From an uncultured delta proteobacterium (GTDB lineage Bacteria; Myxococcota_A; Polyangia; Fen-1088), in NCBI GenBank assembly GCA_963737265.1, contig CAVTRY010000021.1, positions 256,001 through 320,000 on the forward strand: a DNA stretch of 64,000 nt, given 5' to 3'. The first letter of the stretch is position 1, and every line of letters begins with the position of its first letter. Both the position numbers and the translations under genes were made by a program. Positions 8,711 through 18,282 of this stretch are shown piece by piece. The notes beneath the pieces are model-generated. The model searched no databases, had not been told where the DNA came from, and worked only from the letters and a program-made list of their open reading frames with translations.

Positions 8711-11536
8711 ATGAACATGTCCGAATCCAACGAACACCCGGAGATCCCGTTCTTCCGCACGAAGTTCAAGGCGCTGATGGGGTTCCTCCCGATGCCGTGG
8801 CAGGAAGCCCTGTTCTCACGTTTCCTCAGCGCCGACCTCCCGTCCGCATGTGACATCCCCACGGGCTTGGGCAAGACAGCGGTGATGGCGATCTGGCTTA
8901 TCACCCTGGCTCGTCAGGCCCAACGGGGCGATGTAGGGTTGCCCAGGCGCTTGGTCTACGTCGTGAACCGCCGGACAGTGGTGGACCAAGCGACCCGCGA
9001 GGCCGAGAAGATGCGCGAGGCACTAGGTACTCCCGATCTCGCTCCCGAGGCCAGCGCGCTACGGGGGCTATGTGCAACCGCCTCCGAATGTCCCCTTGCG
9101 GTCAGCACGCTGCGCGGCCAGTTCGCTGACAACGCTGAATGGCGCATTGATCCGGGCCGACCGGCGATCGTGGTGGGGACGGTGGATATGATTGGCAGCA
9201 GACTGCTCTTTTCGGGTTACGGCTGCGGCTTCAAATCCAGGCCACTTCACGCCGGATTTCTCGGTCAGGATTCACTTCTGGTACACGACGAGGCCCACCT
9301 TGAGCCTGCGTTCCAAGCCCTCATCACCGCGATCGAAAGGGAACAGGATCGTTGCCATGACGTGCGGCCCCTCCGAGTACTAGCCTTGACGGCCACGTCG
9401 CGAGACAATCGGTCCGCGGCTGGTCTCACGGACGCCGAGCAGACACCGGGCTCCGTTCCCAATGCGAGCCAACCGCTCCGCGAGGTGTGGAAGCGCACGT
9501 CCGCGAAGAAGGGCATCGCGTTCCATCCTGTCAGCGAAGAAGGTGCGATTCCGGACAAGGTTCTGGAACTGGCGAAGGTTGACGAGAACAGCGGCAAAGC
9601 TGTCTTGGTCTTTCTCCGAAAACTCGACCACGTCGAGAAGGTCGCTGGGAAGCTCCCAGAGGAAAGGACCCGGTCGCTCACCGGTACGATGCGAGGATGC
9701 GAGCGAGATATTCTGGTCACCGGGGATTCGGTCTTTGCGCGCTTCCTCCGCAAATCGCCGGTGGGTGTGACACCTCAAAGCGGTACCGTGTACCTCGTCT
9801 GCACCTCGGCCGGTGAAGTTGGCGTCAATATCTCAGCTGACTATCTCGTCAGCGACCTGACCCCCTTCGACAGCATGGCCCAGCGCTTCGGCAGGGTGAA
9901 TCGATTCGGTGATGGCGACGCGAGAATCGACATCGTTCACGCGGTTGTCGGCTCCTCGGAAGAGACTGCCGAACCGCCCCTCAACGCGCAAGACGCGCCA
10001 GTCCCCTCGAATGGTACGGGGGCAGGAGACGGAACAGAGAATGACGCCAGTGCAAACGCTACCCTCGTCGAGGGGGACAACAAAGGAAAAGATACGGACG
10101 ACGGCGTGTCTGCCTTTGACCGCGCTTGCACCAACACTTTCCGACTGCTGGAGCGCCTGCGGGTGCGCGACGATGGTCGTCGTGATGCCAGTCCCATCGG
10201 TCTCGCAACTCTGCCGCCTGAAGACCGCCAAGCCGCATTCACGCCCGCACCGGCGATTCCCGCGGTGACTGACATTCTGTTCGATGCCTGGGCGCTGACC
10301 TCTGTGCGCGGGAGAATGCCTGGCCGGCCTCCGGTTGCCGAATGGCTGCACGGCATCGCAACGTGGGAGCCTCCTGAGACCCACGTCGCGTGGCGCGAAG
10401 AGGTCAGCCGTCTACGCGACAACATCCTGGAGCAAGCCGCCCCCGAGGATCTGCTCGATGATTACCCACTCAAGCCTCACGAGTTGCTACGCGATGTCAC
10501 TGGTCGCATCGAGCGGGAGATCAAGAACCTCGCAAGGATCGCTGAGAACAAGCGGCTCCCCGTCTGGCTCCGTGACGACGACGGCAAGATAGCGGTGACG
10601 ACGCTCGCCGATATCGTGAACGGCGACGGCCTCGATCTCCGCAGAATGACAGTCATATTGCCGCCAGAGATGGGCGGTCTGAGCGACCGAGGCACCCTCG
10701 ACGGCAAAGCCAAGTTCGATGAGGGAACCCACTACGACATCGCTGACGAGTGGAAGGACGAACATGGTCACTTCCGCCGAAAGCGCCTGTGGGACGACGA
10801 GCCCCAACCACACGGAATGCGATTGGTGTGTGCAATCGACTGCGATCCTGACGCCGCCGAGGCGACGGGGGATGAAGAAGAAGGCGGCAAGCGCTGGTGG
10901 CGTTGGTATGCCCAGCCGCGTTCAGCAGACGACGAGGGCTCTCAAAGCGCCCTGACTCCGCAGGAGCTCGGTCCCCACCTCTCTGCTGCTTCACATTTCG
11001 GCACCATGATCGTCGGCCACCTCGGGCTCGATGAGCCTGCCAGGACTGCTGTCTTGCTCGCCGCAGGCTGGCACGACCAGGGGAAACGCCGAGCGATCTG
11101 GCAGCGCGCCGTCGGAAATCAGCACTATCCCAGCCTCGTGCTGGCAAAGCCGGCCGGCAAGATGAACATTGCCAACCTGAGCAACTACCGCCACGAGTTG
11201 GGTTCGCTGCTTGAGGTCCAAGCCGATGCGAAGTTCCGCTCCCTTGCGCAAGAGGTGCAGGATCTTGTCCTGCATTTCATCGCCAGCCATCACGGTCGTG
11301 CTCGGCCGCACTTCTTCGAGAGCGAGGCATTCGACAACGAGCATCCCGAGTCCTTGGCGCTTGCCGCCGCCGGCGAAGCCCCACGCCGATTCGCTCGACT
11401 CCAGCGACGGTACGGCCGCTGGGGTCTCGCCTATCTCGAGTCGTTGCTTCGCGCCGCCGATGCCCTCGCCTCCCAGGTCGATGACGGCCGGCCAGCAGGC
11501 TCGGACGCACGAGACGCGACCGGAGGTGTTCAATGA
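8711..11536 (+). CDS. cas3: Type I-G Cas3 helicase-nuclease (helicase N-terminal, HD domain C-terminal)
   Basis: PTGLGKT, VVNRRTVVDQ, DEAHL, QRFGRVNRFG; C-terminal WHDQGK, YRHE, SHHGRARP. A C-terminal HD is characteristic of I-G/I-U. Confidence 0.95.
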   Translation: MNMSESNEHPEIPFFRTKFKALMGFLPMPWQEALFSRFLSADLPSACDIPTGLGKTAVMAIWLITLARQAQRGDVGLPRRLVYVVNRRTVVDQATREAEKMREALGTPDLAPEASALRGLCATASECPLAVSTLRGQFADNAEWRIDPGRPAIVVGTVDMIGSRLLFSGYGCGFKSRPLHAGFLGQDSLLVHDEAHLEPAFQALITAIEREQDRCHDVRPLRVLALTATSRDNRSAAGLTDAEQTPGSVPNASQPLREVWKRTSAKKGIAFHPVSEEGAIPDKVLELAKVDENSGKAVLVFLRKLDHVEKVAGKLPEERTRSLTGTMRGCERDILVTGDSVFARFLRKSPVGVTPQSGTVYLVCTSAGEVGVNISADYLVSDLTPFDSMAQRFGRVNRFGDGDARIDIVHAVVGSSEETAEPPLNAQDAPVPSNGTGAGDGTENDASANATLVEGDNKGKDTDDGVSAFDRACTNTFRLLERLRVRDDGRRDASPIGLATLPPEDRQAAFTPAPAIPAVTDILFDAWALTSVRGRMPGRPPVAEWLHGIATWEPPETHVAWREEVSRLRDNILEQAAPEDLLDDYPLKPHELLRDVTGRIEREIKNLARIAENKRLPVWLRDDDGKIAVTTLADIVNGDGLDLRRMTVILPPEMGGLSDRGTLDGKAKFDEGTHYDIADEWKDEHGHFRRKRLWDDEPQPHGMRLVCAIDCDPDAAEATGDEEEGGKRWWRWYAQPRSADDEGSQSALTPQELGPHLSAASHFGTMIVGHLGLDEPARTAVLLAAGWHDQGKRRAIWQRAVGNQHYPSLVLAKPAGKMNIANLSNYRHELGSLLEVQADAKFRSLAQEVQDLVLHFIASHHGRARPHFFESEAFDNEHPESLALAAAGEAPRRFARLQRRYGRWGLAYLESLLRAADALASQVDDGRPAGSDARDATGGVQ

Positions 11537-12411
11537 GCGGGCGGGCCGAAGACACAATCCGCATCCGCGTCGATCCAACCAATCCCGGCCAATTCTTCGC
11601 CTGCTGTGGTCTTCTGGAACTCGCGGACCGCCTCTGGGGCGGGGCCGAGGGATGGTTCGACGCCGACAGTCTCGGCTTCAACCTGCGGGCATTGTCCGCC
11701 TCTGGGCGGACCGCGGAAGACCTGCTGGTGCAGATGGCCCGTAGCGCGCTGACAAACACTATGACGGCCGCACAAATTGATCGGCGTGAATCCCTCGGTG
11801 CAATCCCGAAGAAAGCAAGGAGCAAAGCTATCGACACCGAAAAGGCGAAACTCGACAGCATTTGGAGAGAGGCGCCCGTGGTTCTGGGACACCCGTTCGG
11901 AATTCTCTTGGATTGGTTCCGGGACGACCAGTCGGGAGGTAGTGACCTCAAGACCTGGGCGGGGCAACAGTCGGCGATAGAGATAGCCCGCAGCATGCGG
12001 GCGGCCGCCGGCACGGTCCTGAGGGAAATTCAGCCTGACCTCTGCCTATCGGCCATGGCTGCCGACGACTCTCTTCCTTTCAACTTTGATTCGGATCTTG
12101 GCGCAGTGGGCGGAGCCCTCGACGTTGGCTTCAGCTTCGACCCATTGAAAGACATCGCCGTCCGAATCAAACCACTCACCGAGTTTGCGGCCTTCGTCGG
12201 CCTTCAACGATTCCGCCCACGCCGGATGGGCAAGGAAAACCGGTATCGCTACGGAACGTGGAAGCAGCCTATGGAACCGAGCGTCGCTCAAGTTGCAGCG
12301 TGCGGACTGCTTGGCACAGAAGCGGCTGCGATCTGGGAGTTTAGGCTTCTCTATCGAACGAAATACTTGAAGAGCTTTCTGCCTTCTCAACCAACTGGAG
12401 GTCCCCAATGA
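11533..12411 (+). CDS. cas8: Type I-G small Cas8 (Cas8u2/Csx14-like)
   Basis: N-terminal VDPTNPGQFFACCGLLELA, LKTWAGQQ, AFVGLQRFRP; ATGA overlap with cas3 and cas7. Confidence 0.8.
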   Translation: MSGRAEDTIRIRVDPTNPGQFFACCGLLELADRLWGGAEGWFDADSLGFNLRALSASGRTAEDLLVQMARSALTNTMTAAQIDRRESLGAIPKKARSKAIDTEKAKLDSIWREAPVVLGHPFGILLDWFRDDQSGGSDLKTWAGQQSAIEIARSMRAAAGTVLREIQPDLCLSAMAADDSLPFNFDSDLGAVGGALDVGFSFDPLKDIAVRIKPLTEFAAFVGLQRFRPRRMGKENRYRYGTWKQPMEPSVAQVAACGLLGTEAAAIWEFRLLYRTKYLKSFLPSQPTGGPQ

Positions 12412-12928
12412 GCGAGGAATCAACCGTCAAACTCGAGAGTTACGATTCGTGGCTAGCTGACGATACCGGCCCGGCCGCACTGGTCATCCGGGAGAACCTG
12501 ATTCCCGTGGAGGGGCCCGACGGCGTTTTGTTCCCCGCCACATTCGCCGCCGGGGACGGGTTCAAGGGCGGATACAATATTGACACATTCCCTGATGGCA
12601 AGAACGTCTGCCTCGTCGACAGCGTCGGTTCGCAAGCGAACAGAATCGAGCCATTGTTTGCCCAGGGGGCCTATGTGGGCCTAGTGCCCCAAGTGATCGT
12701 GAAGGCCGGGGAAAAGAGGGTGAACCTGCTCGATGCTGGGCACCGCGCAGGGGATGCCATAGTCCGGTGTTCCGCGCTGAAACAGCCGCTCCAGGACGCG
12801 TTCAAAGCGGCTCTCAGGGGCGACTGTCGGCCCCTTGCAGAGATCGCACCGACCTCCCTCGTATTCGGCGTCTGGGTGATGGAAACCCGAAGAAGGTTCA
12901 GAAGTCACGGAGCAAGTCTGCCAAGTAG
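12408..12928 (+). pseudogene. cas7: Cas7/Csb1 with a large internal deletion and frameshift
   Basis: Csb1 motifs FPATFA, LVDSVGSQANRIE, HRAGDA, APTSLVFGVW, then similarity stops at 12875. Another frame (12875-12928) reads GDGNPKKVQKSRSKSAK*, a plausible native C-terminus ending just before the csb2 RBS. Confidence 0.8.
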
Positions 12929-12940
12929 GGGGATCATGGC

Positions 12941-14569
12941 ATGCCTTCCGCTCTTGGCCTCTCGATTCACTTCCTCGATCCGGTATTCCACGGCCGACGG
13001 GATGGCGGTGAGCCGGAGTGGCCGCCCTCTCCCCTTCGCGCGCTGCAATCGCTGATTTCCGCCGCCGCGGCGAGGCGGAGCGACGTTCGACTCCCCAAGG
13101 GCACCGAGTCGGCCTTGCTGTGGCTTGAACGTCAATCGGCGCCAATGCTCATTGCCCCCGCAGGAATGACAGGCACCGGATATCGCCTTTCCGTCCCCAA
13201 CAACGCGATGGATGTCGTCGCAAGTGCCTGGACTCGCGGCAACAACTCCAACTCGGGCGACGCCAACCCAGCCACCCATCGCACCATGAAAGCTGTCATT
13301 CCGACGTGGATGCTGGATGGCGACACCGTCCGCTACCTTTGGGAGCTTCCCGAGCCCATCTCCGACGAGGTTCGCGCTCATGTCGACAGCCTCTGCACGG
13401 TCGCCCGCAGCATCGTCGCGCTTGGGTGGGGAATAGACATGGTCGTTGCCCATGGTGCAGTCATCTCCGAACAGGACGCCGCCGCCTTGCCCGGCGAACG
13501 ATGGTTGCCAGTCGACGAGGCCACGGCGAACACGCTCCGCGTTCCCAAAGAGGGGACGCTTGGGGATCTCGCAAGGCGACATGAGAGGTTCCTGAGCCGG
13601 CTGCACAACGACGACCGCGGACGAACCACGTTCGCCGCGCCTCCGCCGCTGACTGTGTTCGGTGTTGTCGGCTATCGCCGGGCTACCGACCCGCAGCCGC
13701 GGGCTGCAGCCGCCTTCGCATTGTTGAAGCTCGACGGAACGCGATTCCGACCGTTCGATGCCGCACGGCGGGCGCTTTCCGTGGCTGGCATGGTTCGGCA
13801 TGCGACAAAGGTAGCAGCCAAATCGTCTGGAAAGCCGGACTCCTGGATCGACACGTTTGTCCTTGGGCACGGTGAGATGATCGGGGCCTCTGAACACAAG
13901 GCAGTAGGTCCCGACCGTTTTGCCTACCTGCCGATGCCAAGCATTGAGCGCCGAGGTGGTGGCCATGCCTGCCACGTCGGCAGCGTACGGCGAGTGATGC
14001 TGACGTGCATGACGCCAGGACACCGGGATGAGATCGCCTGGGCGCGACGGTCTCTGTCCGGACAGGATCTCATCGATGAAAGGAAGGACGAGCCAACCGC
14101 GCTTCTCAGACTTCTGCCAAGCGGTGACGGGGTGCTTCAGCACTACCTCCATCCTGCTTCCACCTGGGCTACTGTCACCCCAGTCGTTCTCCCCGGCTTC
14201 GATGATCCCGAGCACTACCGGCGGCGACTCAAGAAGGGATCGAGCGTTGACGAGCAGCAACGACTGCTCGCCCGCCTTGCCGACAGGATCGAGGGGCTGC
14301 TCCGCAAAGCCATCGTCCAGGCCGGCCTTCCATCAACACTGGCCGACCACGCCACTCTCGAATGGCGGAAGGTGGGCTTCTGGCCGGGTACCGAGCGTGC
14401 CGACTGCTATGGCGTCCCCGACCACTTGAAGCGCTTTCCCCGTCTGCACGTGAAGGTCACCTGGCGAGACGCCGCTGGCAATCCCCTCGCCTTGCCTGGC
14501 CCGCTCTGCCTCGGCGGTGGTCGCTATTGCGGATTGGGGCTTTTCGCGGCCCTACCGAACGTCCGGTAG
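12941..14569 (+). CDS. csb2: Csb2 (Cas5/Cas6 fusion) of type I-G
   Basis: EPEWPPSPLRALQSL, LGWGIDMV, WATVTPVVLPG, C-terminal Gly loop GPLCLGGGRYCGLGLF. Confidence 0.93.
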   Translation: MPSALGLSIHFLDPVFHGRRDGGEPEWPPSPLRALQSLISAAAARRSDVRLPKGTESALLWLERQSAPMLIAPAGMTGTGYRLSVPNNAMDVVASAWTRGNNSNSGDANPATHRTMKAVIPTWMLDGDTVRYLWELPEPISDEVRAHVDSLCTVARSIVALGWGIDMVVAHGAVISEQDAAALPGERWLPVDEATANTLRVPKEGTLGDLARRHERFLSRLHNDDRGRTTFAAPPPLTVFGVVGYRRATDPQPRAAAAFALLKLDGTRFRPFDAARRALSVAGMVRHATKVAAKSSGKPDSWIDTFVLGHGEMIGASEHKAVGPDRFAYLPMPSIERRGGGHACHVGSVRRVMLTCMTPGHRDEIAWARRSLSGQDLIDERKDEPTALLRLLPSGDGVLQHYLHPASTWATVTPVVLPGFDDPEHYRRRLKKGSSVDEQQRLLARLADRIEGLLRKAIVQAGLPSTLADHATLEWRKVGFWPGTERADCYGVPDHLKRFPRLHVKVTWRDAAGNPLALPGPLCLGGGRYCGLGLFAALPNVR

Positions 14570-14825
14570 AAATCATCCTGCGCGTTGGCACGACAACGTC
14601 CAATACCCGAATTCTCATGGGCTCCACATCGCGCACGTGGCGCATCTCGCGCAAGCGTTCCCAGTATCCACCCGGCCAGGCCTTGCTCTGGATCGGTTCC
14701 AGAATGACCGCATCACCCTCCCGCCGAACCCGCACCTCATCACCAGGCAGGCGAAAATCTTTCGGCAGTATTACTGCCTGCGATCTTCCATTCTTGAACA
14801 GTCGTGTAGTGGCAACCGATCCCAT
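14457..14825 (-). CDS. vapB: VapB-like AbrB/MazE/SpoVT antitoxin, no toxin partner; 3' end reads into csb2
   Basis: TRLFKNGRSQAVILPKDFRLPGDEVRVRREGDAVILEP, a typical VapB N-terminus. Confidence 0.8.
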   Translation of the reverse strand: MGSVATTRLFKNGRSQAVILPKDFRLPGDEVRVRREGDAVILEPIQSKAWPGGYWERLREMRHVRDVEPMRIRVLDVVVPTRRMISTGRSVGPRKAPIRNSDHRRGRAGQARRGDCQRRLAR

Positions 14826-14863
14826 GGCCTTGCCTTCCTGACAGCTACCGGCACACATTCCAC

Positions 14864-15949
14864 CTACCCCGCCAGCAACCCGCTCACCGCAAGGTCGTAG
14901 TCCGGCCTTGTCCCGTCCCACAATGGCAGGTTCGTGTCCGGCCCAAGGTCGAGTCCGCGGTCATCCGCCCACTCGGCGAGCCAGGTCAGGATGTCGCCAG
15001 CCCATTCGCGCGGAGGCTCCTTGTCCAACGACTTGCCGGCGGGCGACGTGAAGACGAACTCGCCGTCGGCGCCGCGCGCGACCGACCAGCCGCCCTCGTG
15101 AACCATGTGATGGTGGGCGGTACAGAGCATCACCAGGTTGTCGACGCTGGTTTCGCCACCGTGTAGCCAGTGCTGTATGTGGTGGCCATGCAGAAAGCGC
15201 GCGTGAGTGCAGCCTGGAAACGCGCAGCCCTGGTCGCGCAACATCAGGGCCCTGCGAATCGCGGGCGAAATCGTCCGGGTGCGACGGCCGATGTTCAGCG
15301 TCTCGCCGCTGCCGCTGGCCGCCACCACGCCGCAATCGCAGGCCACCCTTCGCAGCGTTTCCGCGGAAACGCGGGTGCCGTCTTCGAGGGTTCCAGCCGT
15401 CGAACCATCCGGACCAAGCACATTTTGATCCACGTGCACCACGACCTGGAAACGCTCGCCGCCGGTTCCGGTCACGGGCTTGCTGGTCAAGAAGGATTCG
15501 GCCATCGCCACGGCGCCGTCCGCACGTGACGGCCAGCCCGCTTCGTCCGACGTTTCCGCGGAAGAGTCTACATGGGAGCCCTCGAAGGGTTCCCATATCC
15601 TCCCGCGATGGTTCGCTGCCGGCAAAGCCGGCAGGCTCCCCACGCTCACATGCCCCTCCTTCTCGGCGTTCACCTCGCGCGCCCGGTCGATCGCGCGCAG
15701 GACCAAATCCGCCTCGTCGGGAGAAAGCACCAATTCCAGCTTCACCATTCCGCCCGGCAACAGTCGTTGGCGCACGGAACGGTCCTCGGGCGCTGGCGCC
15801 GCGTCCGCAGCCTGCGCGCTTCTATAGCCTCGGCAAATCCGTTCGAGCTGCGCGCCAGTCGCGTGCAATGCCAATTCCAGAAGGCGCGCTTCGTTCTCTG
15901 GCGTGGCCACGCGGGTCACTCGACGGAGAACATGCCGAAGACTATACAT
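14864..15949 (-). pseudogene. DUF222-HNH endonuclease, N-terminally truncated
   Basis: TRVATPENEARLL, VSAETLRRVACD, NIGRRTRT, RDQGCAFPGC...HGHHIQHWLHGGETSVDNLVMLCTAHHHMVHEG. The usual segment before TRVATPENE is missing; the HNH domain is intact. Confidence 0.75.
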
Positions 15950-15965
15950 CCGTTCAGTTTCCGCG

Positions 15966-16017
15966 GCAATTGGAATTTCTTCAATTGCGTCCGATTCATT
16001 GTCCTTACCTGACAATG
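15966..16017. promoter_or_regulatory. Two inverted repeats upstream of cas4/1 (candidate operators)
   Basis: GCAATTG-N9-CAATTGC (15966-15988) and CATTGTC-N7-GACAATG (15997-16017), ending 20 bp before ATG 16038. Confidence 0.45.
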
Positions 16018-16037
16018 CCTTTCCGTACCCTGGTGGC

Positions 16038-17747
16038 ATGGAAGAAAATGCCACGCCCGCCCAGCCCGTCGATGTGCCCGAATTGATCCCGGCGCGGATG
16101 CTCAACGAGTTCGCGTATTGCCCACGCCTCGTCTACTTGGAATGGGTGCAGGGCGATTTCGCGGACAGTGCCGACACGGTCGATGGCCGGCACCAGCATC
16201 GTCGCGTCGACAAGGAATCCGGAAATCTGCCGCCCGCGGATCGCATGCCGGAAGAGCACGACATCCTGCACGCCCGTTCGCTCTATCTCTCGGCGCCACG
16301 GATAGGGCTGGTCGCGCGCATCGATCTTGTCGAGGCCCAGGACGGCAAGGTGACCCCCATCGACTACAAGCGTGGGGAGGCCCCCGATGTTGCCGAGGGT
16401 GCGTGGGAGCCCGAGCGTGTGCAGGTGTGCGCGCAGGGACTGATTCTGGAAGAGAACGGATACGCCTGCGAGGGCGGCGTGATCTACTTCGTGGCCTCGC
16501 ACAAGCGTGTCGCGATTCCCTTCACCAATGAACTGCGGACACGCACATTGTACCTGCTTGCCGAAATGCGCGCGGCCATGGCCGCAAACGAGATTCCACC
16601 ACCGCTCGACGACAGCCCCAAGTGCCCGCGATGCTCCCTGTGCGGAATTTGCCTGCCTGACGAGATCAATCTATTGCGTCTTGCCGATGCCAACAAGTCG
16701 ACGCCGCCCGAACCACGGCGGCTCGTCGCCGCGCGCGACGATGCCTTGCCGCTCTACGTGCAGGCGTCCGGTGCGCGTGTGGGCAAGAGCGGCGAGGAGT
16801 TTGTCGTCACCCCACGCGAGGGGGAGAAGCAGACGGCGCGCATCGGGCAGACATCGCAGGTCGCCCTGCTCGGCCAGGTGCAGATGAGCACCCAGGCCAT
16901 CGAGGCAGCCCTCGGCCGCGGCATCCCGGTCTGCTATTTCTCGTTCGGGGGGTGGTTCTACGGGATGACCACCGGGCTTTGGCACAAGAACGTGGAACTG
17001 CGCCGCTTGCAGTTCCGCGCCGCGGAGTCGCCTGTAACCAGCTTGGCGCTGGCGCGGGCATTCGTCGCGACCAAGATCCGCAACTGTCGCACGTTCCTAC
17101 GCCGCAACGCCGACGACGTCCCCGTCCAGGCCATCGACATGCTTCGCCGTCTGGCCGAGGACACCGAGCAATGTGCCTGCGCCGAATCGCTGCTGGGCAT
17201 CGAAGGCACCGCGGCTCGCGTCTATTTCGAGAACTTCCCGCGCCTGCTCAAGCGCCCGGACAGCGATGGCAACCTGGCTTTCGATTTCACCGGCCGCAAC
17301 CGCCGGCCGCCTCGCGATCCGCTGAATGCCTTGCTGTCCTTGGCCTATTCGCTGCTCGCCAAGGACTTCACTGTCACCCTGCAGTCGGTGGGATTCGACC
17401 CGTTCATGGGCTTCTACCATCGGCCGCGCTACGGCCGGCCGGCGCTGGCGCTGGACCTGATGGAAGAATTCAGGCCGCTGGTCGCCGACTCGGTGGTCCT
17501 TGGAGCCGTCAACACCGGCATCGTCCAGCGCGGCGACTTCGTTGGCCGCGCTGGTGCGGTTTCGTTGTCCGACAGCGGGCGCGGCCGTTTCCTGCATGCC
17601 TACGAGCGCCGCATGGACGAGTTGGTCACGCACCCGGTTTTCGGCTACCGCATTAGTTACCGGCGCGTGCTCGAAGTGCAGGCAAGGCTGCTGGCCCGAT
17701 TCCTGGGCGGTGAGATTCCCGAGTACCCGGGCTTCCAGACGAGGTAG
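16038..17747 (+). CDS. cas1: Cas4/Cas1 fusion
   Basis: Cas4 part: EFAYCPR, RIDLVE, PIDYKRG, QVCAQ, CPRCSLCGICLP. Cas1 part: LLGIEGTAA, RNRRPPRDPLNALLSLAY, GFYH, ALDLMEEFRP. Confidence 0.96.
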   Translation: MEENATPAQPVDVPELIPARMLNEFAYCPRLVYLEWVQGDFADSADTVDGRHQHRRVDKESGNLPPADRMPEEHDILHARSLYLSAPRIGLVARIDLVEAQDGKVTPIDYKRGEAPDVAEGAWEPERVQVCAQGLILEENGYACEGGVIYFVASHKRVAIPFTNELRTRTLYLLAEMRAAMAANEIPPPLDDSPKCPRCSLCGICLPDEINLLRLADANKSTPPEPRRLVAARDDALPLYVQASGARVGKSGEEFVVTPREGEKQTARIGQTSQVALLGQVQMSTQAIEAALGRGIPVCYFSFGGWFYGMTTGLWHKNVELRRLQFRAAESPVTSLALARAFVATKIRNCRTFLRRNADDVPVQAIDMLRRLAEDTEQCACAESLLGIEGTAARVYFENFPRLLKRPDSDGNLAFDFTGRNRRPPRDPLNALLSLAYSLLAKDFTVTLQSVGFDPFMGFYHRPRYGRPALALDLMEEFRPLVADSVVLGAVNTGIVQRGDFVGRAGAVSLSDSGRGRFLHAYERRMDELVTHPVFGYRISYRRVLEVQARLLARFLGGEIPEYPGFQTR

Positions 17748-17751
17748 AATC

Positions 17752-18042
17752 GTGCGCAATGTGTTCCTCGTGTGCTACGACGTGTGCGACGACAAGCGTC
17801 TAAAGAGGGTTTACAAAGCGATGCGCGGCTTCGGCGACCACCTACAGTTCTCGGTCTTTCGCTGCGAGCTTTCCGCCCGCGAGCGCGCCGAGATGATCGC
17901 CGAGCTTTCTCCGCTCATCGCCCACGATGAGGACCAAGTGCTGATCATCGACATCGGCCCGGCCGACGGCCGTGCCAGCCTGGTGTTCCAAGCGCTCGGA
18001 AAGCCCTACGTCGCGCCAGAGCGCCACGCAGTCATCGTGTGA
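17752..18042 (+). CDS. cas2: Cas2
   Basis: GTG start; FLVCYDVCDDKRLKRVYKAMRGFGDHLQFSVFRCEL. Confidence 0.95.
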   Translation: MRNVFLVCYDVCDDKRLKRVYKAMRGFGDHLQFSVFRCELSARERAEMIAELSPLIAHDEDQVLIIDIGPADGRASLVFQALGKPYVAPERHAVIV

Positions 18043-18282
18043 CCCGTGATCTCTGACAACCGAAGAATCCCCATGGTTTCGCCCTCGCGAGCGCCGTCGC
18101 GACGCGATTTGCTTCCGTGCCGCTCGCACGCCGACGCCGTCGATAACATAGCGAAATCCGGGCGAAAAGGAGACCACCCTCCATCGGATAGTTCTTCGTT
18201 CACGGTTTCTTGCCGTGTCACGTGGATTCGCTCGCAAACGGCCTCGCAAGTCCCTTCACCCACAGCAGAATTCGCAGGAGCC
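18043..18282 (+). promoter_or_regulatory. CRISPR leader
   Basis: 240-bp non-coding region between cas2 and the first repeat; the degenerate repeat lies at the far end of the array. Confidence 0.75.

Noticed and set aside
14570-16037. CreTA/CreR-like mini-array between cas genes
   Set aside because: No repeat-like sequence with the CCGCCGTCC stem or ATTGAAG handle was seen.
8711-18042. CRISPR-associated transposon (CAST)
   Set aside because: No tnsB/tnsC/tniQ; cas3 is present; the IS elements have their own TIRs and TSDs.
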